Source of the DNA: Alphaproteobacteria bacterium
GTDB lineage: Bacteria; Pseudomonadota; Alphaproteobacteria; Rs-D84
DNA: 64,000 nt
Assembly: GCA_031549365.1 (NCBI GenBank)
Contig: JAVBPX010000004.1
Coordinates: forward strand, 46,627 to 110,626
Direction of reading: 5' to 3'
The translations under genes were made by a program, and so were the position numbers. The notes beneath the pieces are model-generated. The model saw only the letters and a program-made list of their open reading frames with translations, was not told where the DNA came from and made no database searches. Positions 48,031-56,379 of the stretch are shown here, piece by piece. Position 1 is the first letter of the stretch; each line of letters starts with the position of its first letter.

Positions 48031-48726
48031 TCAATATATTAACGATATAATTATTGGAGCAACGATCGCCGTTAATATTCCGGACAACACAATGGCCAGG
48101 CTGGACATCGCCCCTTCTACCTGTCCCATCTCCATTGCTTTGACTGTCCCAGCCGCATGCGATGCGTTTCCAATGGCCAAACCACGTGCTATTGGATTTT
48201 TAATCAAAAACACACGACAAACTATATCGCCAATTGATGCACCCAACACACCTGTTATCACAACAGCAGCAACGGTTAAAGCAACTACTCCTCCCAATCC
48301 ATTCGTTATTCCAATTGCAATCGCTGTGGTAACTGAAATTGCAGCCAAAGAGCGTACAAAAATATCACCTAGTCCAAATAACGCACAAACCAACACAACC
48401 GAACATACGGACCCAACAACACCGAACAATATTGATATTAAAATCTCTGGCCCATGCTTTCTTAATAACGGCAATTGTTTATACATTGGTACCGCAAAAC
48501 AAACCGTTACCGGCACCAAAAACCAAGTCAAATATTTTGCAGAACTATTATAAACAGAATATGGAATATTAAACATAACCAAAATCGCAATAACTAAAAT
48601 TGTACCAATAAACAATGGGGTTGTTAAAGGTCCCGGAAATTTTTTATTTAAATAAAGACCGAATAAAAACACCATCAGAGTCAACAAAGTCCCAAAATAT
48701 CCTGAAATCCCCCAGAAAGCCTGCAT
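48031..48726 (-). CDS. lrgB: LrgB/CidB family membrane protein
   Basis: TVCFAVPMY, SVTTAIA, ARGLAIG.ASHAAGT and GAMSSLA. Confidence 0.92.
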   Translation of the reverse strand: MQAFWGISGYFGTLLTLMVFLFGLYLNKKFPGPLTTPLFIGTILVIAILVMFNIPYSVYNSSAKYLTWFLVPVTVCFAVPMYKQLPLLRKHGPEILISILFGVVGSVCSVVLVCALFGLGDIFVRSLAAISVTTAIAIGITNGLGGVVALTVAAVVITGVLGASIGDIVCRVFLIKNPIARGLAIGNASHAAGTVKAMEMGQVEGAMSSLAIVLSGILTAIVAPIIISLIY

Positions 48727-48737
48727 AAAATCCCCTT

Positions 48738-49094
48738 TTATTTCTTGTTATGTCGAAGATTAATTAATAATTGCGCTGCAGCCCCCGTAAACAACATGGA
48801 CACAAAATACGCAATAACCAATAAAACCAACAACCACATCCAAACCAATTTAATTTCAGGCCAAATTTCAATAATCGCAACCGCTGGCGCAATAAATAAC
48901 AACGCCATTGTACTGTGAAAAAAATTTGCAATATCTTCGACCCAATGCAATGGAACAATTTTAAAACACAACGCCAAAAATAATAAAATTAAACCATAAA
49001 TACTGCCAGCAATTGGCAATGGAATTAAATATCCCAACAATTCTCCCAATAATATAAATACCAATATAATAAAAAATTGATTTAAATATTTCAT
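48738..49094 (-). CDS. CidA/LrgA family holin-like protein
   Basis: Q..IIL...LLGE...PLPIAGSIYGLILLF and M.LLFIAPAV; upstream of lrgB. Confidence 0.92.
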   Translation of the reverse strand: MKYLNQFFIILVFILLGELLGYLIPLPIAGSIYGLILLFLALCFKIVPLHWVEDIANFFHSTMALLFIAPAVAIIEIWPEIKLVWMWLLVLLVIAYFVSMLFTGAAAQLLINLRHNKK

Positions 49095-49278
49095 TTTGCA
49101 TCCCGCTAGTTACAAAACAATTTTATCATAAATCAAACCTATAACCAACTGCAAAAAATAATAAAAATATGTAAAACCAATCAAAACACGGCCGACGAAT
49201 TGGTTCATCAATTTTTTTAAAAATGCTGGGAACATTCAAAATGTGCCAGATGGACGGGTTCTTTTATTTTCGGGCAGC

Positions 49279-49406
49279 AAAAACGTTCAGAATTATGTAA
49301 TTGTAAAGAATTTCCCTGTTTTTCAGACCCGCGGTGTATATAAACATACATAAGGGTTTGAAAAACAGGGGAACTTGTTTTCAAGTGCGTGATTATCAAC
49401 GTTTTA
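49279..49406. repeat. Stop-codon-associated palindromic element, copy 4
   Basis: IR AAAACGTTcAgAATtAtG / CGTGATTATCAACGTTTTA; inner stem TTCCCTGTTTTTCAGACCC / GGGTTTGAAAAACAGGGGAA; core GTATA-TAA-ACATAC; ends in the TAA of the SIMPL gene. Confidence 0.82.
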
Positions 49407-50162
49407 TTTTAACTCAAAGCTAGCGTTGACCGTAACCGATATATCTCCATCCCGCGCATACAACGTCGGCGCGGCTTCTTCCGCCACAACCATATCCGCC
49501 ATAACCGACTTTGCCATCAGCATTCTTGGTTCGGCATAACCCGAATTTGATGATGAATTATAATAATTCGCATTGATCATTTTTCCAACATACGATTTTC
49601 CACCACGCGCCAAAGCAACCGCTTTTTCACGCGCGTTTGCAGTGGCCTCTTTCATACATGATTCTTGTTCCGCCTTCATCAATTCACGCGATGTAAACAT
49701 GCGCAATGATCCGGTATAAACATCCGAATATTTTGAAACCATTTCAATTACACGACCGATTGCTTCTTGGTTTTCAGCAATAATTTCCAAACGAATAACG
49801 GATTCGTAACCCATCAAAACATTTTTCTTTTGTTTCCCATCCCATTCACGTTTTTCATAACTATCAATTGATGTCGTTTCCATTTCAATATTTTTATAAT
49901 CGGACTTCATTACAACAATCGCATCTGTTATCTTTTTGTATGTATCCATGGATTTTTTGGTTGCGCCCGCTACTTTCGTATCCAAATTTTTAACCTCGAC
50001 CGTCACAGACACACGATCCTTGGCCACTTTTTTGATACATTCTCCGGTAACATTAACCTGTTTAAAATTACCGTTATTTGTGGCAAACGGATTAAAAAAC
50101 AACAAAATTATCGCAGCCACAGTTGTTACAAACACAACATTTTTATTTAAATTCAAAGACAT
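49404..50162 (-). CDS. SIMPL/DUF541 family protein
   Basis: VNVTGE...DRV, EATANAREKA..LA and ISVTVNASFEL. Confidence 0.85.
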   Translation of the reverse strand: MSLNLNKNVVFVTTVAAIILLFFNPFATNNGNFKQVNVTGECIKKVAKDRVSVTVEVKNLDTKVAGATKKSMDTYKKITDAIVVMKSDYKNIEMETTSIDSYEKREWDGKQKKNVLMGYESVIRLEIIAENQEAIGRVIEMVSKYSDVYTGSLRMFTSRELMKAEQESCMKEATANAREKAVALARGGKSYVGKMINANYYNSSSNSGYAEPRMLMAKSVMADMVVAEEAAPTLYARDGDISVTVNASFELK

Positions 50163-50287
50163 TCCTCACCCCTTTTTCCTATACGAAAATATTCAAAATT
50201 GAATTGGCACAAAAAACATAAACCGTTTTCAATCACCTACTTTCAATGATTTATAAAAAATGCGGGCCATATAACCCGCATCATAAA

Positions 50288-50857
50288 TTATTTTACCGCT
50301 GCCATCGAATCAACAAGATCTTTGGTTGATTTGGCTTTTTTGGATTCTGCCTTTACGTTTTTATCCAAATTCGCAGCGTTTGCATCGACATTTGCTTTAA
50401 CAGAATCAACCTGGGCCTGGGCTTTGATTTTGGCATCCACAACAGCTTTGTCGGATTTTTCCTTGCCAGCTTTTACAGATGTTTCGGCTTTACCTTTTTC
50501 CGCGGCTGTTTTTGCTTCATAATCCTGAACTCTTTTTTTGAACTCGGCCTTTTCTTTTTCGGTTAAATTTTGCCCCTTAAACTTGGAATTTGCTTTCAAA
50601 TCAGCCATGAATTTTTTATGTTCAGCCATCGCAGTTTTACAATTTACAGAAACGCTTTCTGAATTTTGCTCTAAACAAAGCATAAAACCACCTGTTTGAC
50701 CCTGTTTGCACAATTTTTGAATATCTTCTTTACATGTTTGATAAACATGCCCCAGCCCCTTTTTCGGCGCAGCCGATACTGATTTTTTTGCTTCTTCGGC
50801 AATCGCGGCCGATGCAAATATTGAAACTATTGCAAATACTGGAATAAATTTTTTCAT
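50288..50857 (-). CDS. Secreted protein with a cysteine-rich repeat and Ala/Lys-rich tail
   Basis: Signal peptide; C..DI..LC......CL.......S..C pattern. Confidence 0.7.
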   Translation of the reverse strand: MKKFIPVFAIVSIFASAAIAEEAKKSVSAAPKKGLGHVYQTCKEDIQKLCKQGQTGGFMLCLEQNSESVSVNCKTAMAEHKKFMADLKANSKFKGQNLTEKEKAEFKKRVQDYEAKTAAEKGKAETSVKAGKEKSDKAVVDAKIKAQAQVDSVKANVDANAANLDKNVKAESKKAKSTKDLVDSMAAVK

Positions 50858-50932
50858 GATTTCTCCTTATGTTTTATCACGGCAAAATCATAGCACACGG
50901 TCCAAAAATGTCAAAACAATTTTAAAAAAAAT

Positions 50933-51379
50933 TTACATTCCAACTTTGATTGGTCTTTGGATTGGATGCGTTGAACGACCAGCAGGATTTAATTTTCCTG
51001 AATCCTTGGCATTTTGAATTTTATCATGCAATTGTTCGCGTTGTTCATAACTTAATTTTGAACGATTTTCACCGTCATGTAAACCATCTCTGTCATACCC
51101 AACACCATATGTCGGAAACATTCCATCCATCATAAATATATCATGTTCACATTCATCTGACAAATCATCACGATGATCATCCAAACAAGCATACATTCGC
51201 GCGGAATATTTTGGCAAATCGGAACAAAATCTTTCAATATCATGCACACAATGCTCGGCCATTGAATTATGCTGTGATGATTCCGATTGAAAGTCATCCG
51301 AATATTTCGGATCAAAATCATCTGCTATCGCCAATACCGGAACCACAAAAAATAAAACAAATAAACCCAATTTTTTCAT
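50933..51379 (-). CDS. Secreted protein with a cysteine-rich repeat (paralog of the neighbouring gene)
   Basis: Signal peptide; CVHDIERFC...CLDDHRDDLSDEC; both genes share an L(T/S).E(K/Q) helix afterwards. Confidence 0.7.
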   Translation of the reverse strand: MKKLGLFVLFFVVPVLAIADDFDPKYSDDFQSESSQHNSMAEHCVHDIERFCSDLPKYSARMYACLDDHRDDLSDECEHDIFMMDGMFPTYGVGYDRDGLHDGENRSKLSYEQREQLHDKIQNAKDSGKLNPAGRSTHPIQRPIKVGM

Positions 51380-51464
51380 GAAACCCTCCCCTTGTTTCTG
51401 ATAAGAATTATTTTATCATCAAAAAATCGAAAATCAAACCCAAAAGAATCTTGAACTAGGAAAA

Positions 51465-51494
51465 TAAAAAACGCAGCTAAATGCTGCGTTTTTT
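51465..51494 (-). terminator. Terminator after the cold-shock gene
   Basis: AAAAAACGCAGC-TAAAT-GCTGCGTTTTTT. Confidence 0.8.
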
Positions 51495-51508
51495 AATGTT
51501 TTATGGAA

Positions 51509-51871
51509 TTATTTTTTCCAGAAAGCAAAGGATTTTCTTTCCCCGCCTTCGCGACGATCTCCGCCTTCACGACGACGATCTCCGCCGCCACGACGGTCTC
51601 CGCCAAATCCGCCTTCACGACGTGGTCCACGACGTTCTGCGAATTTTTTTGCAGATTCTTCGTTGCGTTTGATCAATTCCAATTTGGAAACTGACAATTT
51701 GCCATTTCTGTCTTCTGTATCGAATGCAACTTCGTCGCCTTCGTTCAAAAAGCGCAAATCGGCTGCTTTGATTACTGATGAATGAACGAATACATCTTCA
51801 CCGCCATCAACTGGGGTAATAAATCCAAAGCATTTCTTTCCATCATACCATTTTACTGTTCCTTGACGCAT
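51509..51871 (-). CDS. Cold-shock domain protein with RGG/RRE-rich tail
   Basis: GTVKWYD.KK.FGFI and DVFVHSS. Confidence 0.95.
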   Translation of the reverse strand: MRQGTVKWYDGKKCFGFITPVDGGEDVFVHSSVIKAADLRFLNEGDEVAFDTEDRNGKLSVSKLELIKRNEESAKKFAERRGPRREGGFGGDRRGGGDRRREGGDRREGGERKSFAFWKK

Positions 51872-52284
51872 TTTAATATCCTTTTTGTTGCGTATTTAAA
51901 ACCAGACTTTTTACGTTATCCATACCAACAAAGCGTTTACCTGACAGGAACAGAACCTTAAAAAAATCTTCAGCCCACATTCTGCGCGATTTTTTTACCA
52001 AATGCAAGCTATTTCGCCTTATCCGTGCAAATCCGCCAAAAAACATAACAAAAAACCAATAATACAGGCTCACTAATACACCCTCCAACAACAAAACAAT
52101 TAAAATAACAAGCCTGCTATATTAAAACCCAACCGCCAGCAAAACCGAACCCAGATTAACTTAAATTGCAAACGGCAGTGCCGCAATTTTAGTGTTTCAA
52201 GTTCGTTACAGCGGTATCAACACACAAACACCCAACCCAAAACAACCGCCAGCAAAACCAATCGAATTTCCCGCCCCAAAACAC

Positions 52285-52312
52285 TTGACAAATTCATAAA
52301 TACTACTATAAT
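52285..52312 (+). promoter_or_regulatory. sigma70-type promoter of the GNAT array
   Basis: TTGACA-16 bp-TATAAT. Confidence 0.65.
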
Positions 52313-52361
52313 ATTACTATAACAGAGGGAAAACATGGAAAAGAATTAGGCGGAAAATAAT

Positions 52362-52811
52362 ATGAAAATAAAATACTGCGAAATTAAAAATCCAAATATG
52401 CTTGTTTTAATAAAACTGGCCCATATTCAATTGGAATATGCGGGCCCAGTGGAAACATCTGTAAATACATTGGCTGAAATTTTGGCCCGCGGTTACTTGC
52501 GATTTATTTCAGACAACAAACCAAGTTATTTTTTATTAACCGCAATGGACGCAAAAAAAATCATTGGGTTTATATTGGCTGGCTTCAATTCCCAAGAAGA
52601 ATTATTTAGCATTGAAAATCTCTACATATCCAAAGATTATACCAAAAATAAAATCGGAGACCACCTATTAAATCGCGCAGAAGAACACCTGAAAAAACAC
52701 ACCGATAAAATCCACATACATTCCAGCCAAACAGCGATTGCTTTTTATGAAAAACACAATTATAAAAAATTATACGGACGAAACATGATCAAAGATTTAG
52801 GCGGAAAATAA
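52362..52811 (+). CDS. GNAT family N-acetyltransferase (array copy 1)
   Basis: IIGFI, IENLYI..DY.KNKIG..LL and AIAFYEKHNY. Confidence 0.85.
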   Translation: MKIKYCEIKNPNMLVLIKLAHIQLEYAGPVETSVNTLAEILARGYLRFISDNKPSYFLLTAMDAKKIIGFILAGFNSQEELFSIENLYISKDYTKNKIGDHLLNRAEEHLKKHTDKIHIHSSQTAIAFYEKHNYKKLYGRNMIKDLGGK

Positions 52812-52812
52812 T

Positions 52813-53250
52813 ATGAAAATAAAATACCAACGTTTAAAAAATCCTTGTTATGAAATCCTGTTGCAATTGGGGGAAATTTCTGAATATTACACCAATCGAT
52901 ACGTCGAAAAAAAAGACAAATTCGCATTTGCTACCGAATATCAAAAAAACATCCAAACATGCGAAAATTCTTTTATATTTGTTGCAATGGATGCAAAAAC
53001 AATCACAGGATTTATACTCGGTAACAACGACATAATTCAACGCTTCTATCTGGATCAAAAATATACAAAAATGAAAATCGGACATCAATTATTAAAACTA
53101 GCAGAACAACAAATCATTAAAAACAATCAAAGCAAGGCTTGGGTATCGGCCGACAACGAAGCCATCGGCTTTTATGAAAAGAATAAATATATTATGTCTG
53201 CGTGTGGCCTCATGAGCAAAGAATTAACAACGGGAATTCAACGATGCTAG
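52813..53250 (+). CDS. GNAT family N-acetyltransferase (array copy 2)
   Basis: AMDAKTITGFI, YTKMKIGHQLL and AIGFYEKNKY. Confidence 0.85.
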   Translation: MKIKYQRLKNPCYEILLQLGEISEYYTNRYVEKKDKFAFATEYQKNIQTCENSFIFVAMDAKTITGFILGNNDIIQRFYLDQKYTKMKIGHQLLKLAEQQIIKNNQSKAWVSADNEAIGFYEKNKYIMSACGLMSKELTTGIQRC

Positions 53251-53768
53251 CAATCAAACACATTTCGAATCCATCCGAACAATTATTTCACCAAATGGCA
53301 GAAATTGAATTCTGGGCCCGGGATCATGAATTTAAATCCAACATAAACACATTCAGTTTAAATACATACACAAAAAAGTACAAAAAACTTTTGGAAAATG
53401 ATTTCATTTTATACACAGCAAAATTTAACGACAACACCATTGGTTTCATAATGGGATGTTTTAACAGCCAAATTTCACAAATTGATCATTTATATGTTTT
53501 ACCAAATTATCAAAATATGGGCATTGGGTCAAAACTATTTTCTGAATTCAAAAAACATTCCGCCAAAATCGGAGTTTCGGAAATTATACTATTGCGATCC
53601 GCCAAAAGTTATCATTTTTACACAAAAAATGGATGCTCTGGGACATCCAATAACAGCGATCGCATAATGCGCCTAGAAATTAAAAACAACCAAACCGACA
53701 AGAGCATTGACATTATCACACAAATGAAACAACGCATTGCAGAACTGAGTCAAAAAAATGGAAAATAA
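53244..53768 (+). CDS. GNAT family N-acetyltransferase (array copy 3)
   Basis: TIGFI, IDHLYVLPNYQNMGIGSKL and FYTKNG. Confidence 0.88.
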   Translation: MLAIKHISNPSEQLFHQMAEIEFWARDHEFKSNINTFSLNTYTKKYKKLLENDFILYTAKFNDNTIGFIMGCFNSQISQIDHLYVLPNYQNMGIGSKLFSEFKKHSAKIGVSEIILLRSAKSYHFYTKNGCSGTSNNSDRIMRLEIKNNQTDKSIDIITQMKQRIAELSQKNGK

Positions 53769-54225
53769 AAATTTCAATTTTAAATTTATTGATTCTCCAT
53801 CTTATCGCGATTTTAAAAACGTATCGGATATCCGTTTTTTATCGTTTCCACAAAAAACAAAACGTCGTGAAATGAAACGATACAAACGAGATTTCGTATC
53901 TGAATGGAACGATACAGCTATTAAAAAAAATGTACGATTGATACTAGCATATAGTGATAAAAAATTGGTTGGTTTTTTGTTGGGAATGTTATACTTTGAC
54001 CAAATGAATGCGAATATTAATAACTTGTTCGTACATCATTCATACCAAGAAAACGGAATCGGCCAAAATTTAATCCAACTATATGAAAGATACACATCCG
54101 AACAAAATTTTAAAAAAGTTACTGTAACACCATTACACAGCAAAGAAACATTTTATACAAACCGCGGCTACGCCCAAAATATATACACCATGGAATTTGA
54201 AAAATCCCTCTCCCCCAACCGCTAG
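53758..54225 (+). CDS. GNAT family N-acetyltransferase (array copy 4)
   Basis: LVGFL, INNLFV..SYQENGIGQNLI and FYTNRGY. Confidence 0.88.
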   Translation: MENKNFNFKFIDSPSYRDFKNVSDIRFLSFPQKTKRREMKRYKRDFVSEWNDTAIKKNVRLILAYSDKKLVGFLLGMLYFDQMNANINNLFVHHSYQENGIGQNLIQLYERYTSEQNFKKVTVTPLHSKETFYTNRGYAQNIYTMEFEKSLSPNR

Positions 54226-54308
54226 AATTTTCTTATTTAAAATTAAATAAAAAAAATTATTTAAAACCATTAAAAACAAGTTTTTCAAAAACACTATCAA
54301 AAATTTTA

Positions 54309-54436
54309 TAAAACCATTCAAAACGTATCAGATGGTTGGGTTATTTTATTTTTGAGGGGTTGAGCGTATACGGACATACGTGATATCCCCGAAAAAATAA
54401 AAAACGCACCCAGATGATGCGTTTTCAATGGTTTTA
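54309..54436. repeat. Stop-codon-associated palindromic element, copy 5
   Basis: 22-bp IR TAAAACCATTcAAAACGtATCA / TGATGCGTTTTCAATGGTTTTA; core GAGCGTATA-CGG-ACATACGTGA; ends in the TAA of the ABC permease gene. Confidence 0.85.
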
Positions 54437-55654
54437 CTCGTAACGAAGGGAATCGATCGGATTAAGTTTAGTAGCCTTGATTGCCGGAAACACACCAGAC
54501 GCAATACCGACAATCAAAGCAACAATTACGGACAATGTTACAGACCACATACTGATTGGGACAACATATCCCAATATATACCCACCAATTTGCGACGCAA
54601 CAATTCCCAGAATTAATCCCAATAAACTGCCCAAGAACGAAATCATTACAGATTCAGACAAAAATTGAATCATAATATGTCGTTCTTTGGCCCCAATCGC
54701 CTTGCGTATACCAATTTCTCGGGTACGCTCTGCAACCGACACCAACATCATATTCATAATACCAATTGAACCAACCAATAACGAAATTGATGCAATCGAG
54801 ATTAATAATAATTTCATAAACCCAGTAATTGTATTCATTGTATCCAAAATTTGTTTCATATTCATAACCTGAAAATCGTCTTGATCACCATCTTTGATTT
54901 TATGACGCACTCGTAAAATTTCAGTAATTTGTTCAATAACAGTATCATTCGAAGTATCAGAATTTAATTTAACCGCAATCATTGAAACACTGTCTGGAAA
55001 GCGCGATCCAAACACACGTTTTTTCAGTGTTGACATTGGAATAAAAGCCATATCGTCTTGGTTTGGTCCACCCATCGATGATTCACCGCGTGATTCAGTA
55101 ACCCCAATTACGATAAAAGGAATATTCATAATGCGAACAACTTGGCCCACTGGATCATCCCCCAATTCCAATTCATCAACAATTTTTTGTCCCAACACCA
55201 CATATGTGGATGCAAAACGTTCTGCATTATAATCAAAAAATCCGCCCAAACGAACATCAATGCCCATAACATTTTGATAATCAGGATACGATCCAACAAT
55301 TGACGTCGCCCAATTTTTGTTACCATTAATAATTTGCGCACTGGCAAAATCAACCGGAGAAATTGAAGTAACATCCGGCAATTTTGAAATAATTTCGGCA
55401 TCACCCAACGTCAAAGTACGACGATTCCCACCACTGATTCCACGATTGTTGGCTGCGCCCGCACGAATAACCAACATATTGGTTCCAATCGATGAAAATT
55501 CGTCATCAATTTTTTTCTGAACCGCTTCACCAACAGCAACCATAATAACCACAGCCATAACGCCGATAATAATTCCCAATATAGTCAAAAACGAGCGTAA
55601 TTTATTCCCCGTAATTGAAATCCAAGATTCTTTTAAAATATCTGTTAACGTCAT
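54434..55654 (-). CDS. MacB-type ABC transporter permease
   Basis: NKLRSFLTILGIIIG, GIMNMMLVSV.ERTREIGIRKAIGA and PIDSLRYE. Confidence 0.95.
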   Translation of the reverse strand: MTLTDILKESWISITGNKLRSFLTILGIIIGVMAVVIMVAVGEAVQKKIDDEFSSIGTNMLVIRAGAANNRGISGGNRRTLTLGDAEIISKLPDVTSISPVDFASAQIINGNKNWATSIVGSYPDYQNVMGIDVRLGGFFDYNAERFASTYVVLGQKIVDELELGDDPVGQVVRIMNIPFIVIGVTESRGESSMGGPNQDDMAFIPMSTLKKRVFGSRFPDSVSMIAVKLNSDTSNDTVIEQITEILRVRHKIKDGDQDDFQVMNMKQILDTMNTITGFMKLLLISIASISLLVGSIGIMNMMLVSVAERTREIGIRKAIGAKERHIMIQFLSESVMISFLGSLLGLILGIVASQIGGYILGYVVPISMWSVTLSVIVALIVGIASGVFPAIKATKLNPIDSLRYE

Positions 55655-56379
55655 GACAATAACCTTTCTTCTTTTGGCACACGACCGTCGTAATCAATTT
55701 TTCCGTCACGAATTCTAACTAATCTGCGGGTATATTTTGCAATATCAAATTCATGTGTTACCATAACAACAGTAATGCCCATATCTTCGTTCAATTGCTT
55801 GAACATATTCAAAATTTCATAACCTGTTTTTGAATCCAAATTTCCGGTTGGCTCGTCCGCCAGAATTAATTTTGGATCTCCCGCCAAAGCACGCGCAATT
55901 GCAACACGCTGTTTCATCCCTCCGGACAGTTGTGTTGGCAAATAACGTTCAAATCCCTCCAACCTAACAGCTTTTAACATTTTCATTGCACGATGTTCTC
56001 GTTCATCTTCGGGCAACCCACGATACATCAATGGCAACATAACATTGTCCAACACGCTTCGTTTTGGTAACAAATTAAAATTTTGAAAAACAAAGCCAAT
56101 ATATTCATTACGCGCAGTCGCCAATTCATCGGGGCTCAACCCCTGAACACTTTTGCCATATAATAAATAATCACCAGATGTTGCGACATCCAACGCACCA
56201 ATGATATTCATACACGTTGATTTGCCAGAACCGCTGGGCCCCATAATTGAAACAAATTCACCAACATCAATCTTTAAATCAATATCGTATAAAACACGTT
56301 GTTTTGCACCGCCATACAGAGTAAAATCCTTGCATACTTTTTTTAATTCAATAACTGCTGGCGATTTTGTTTTAATCAT
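55651..56379 (-). CDS. MacB/LolD-type ABC transporter ATPase
   Basis: [23 protein letters not shown] and [11 protein letters not shown]. Confidence 0.96.
   Translation of the reverse strand: MIKTKSPAVIELKKVCKDFTLYGGAKQRVLYDIDLKIDVGEFVSIMGPSGSGKSTCMNIIGALDVATSGDYLLYGKSVQGLSPDELATARNEYIGFVFQNFNLLPKRSVLDNVMLPLMYRGLPEDEREHRAMKMLKAVRLEGFERYLPTQLSGGMKQRVAIARALAGDPKLILADEPTGNLDSKTGYEILNMFKQLNEDMGITVVMVTHEFDIAKYTRRLVRIRDGKIDYDGRVPKEERLLS

Noticed and set aside
47948-48034. N-terminal 29 aa of the 630-aa ORF in the ORF track
   Set aside because: This stretch reads through the 32-bp promoter repeat and overlaps the lrgB stop; the ATG at 47947 is the more plausible start.
51540-51635. Short tandem repeats (ACGATCTCCGCC-like)
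   Set aside because: They are explained by the GGDRR-type low-complexity tail of the cold-shock protein; there are no spacers, so this is not CRISPR.
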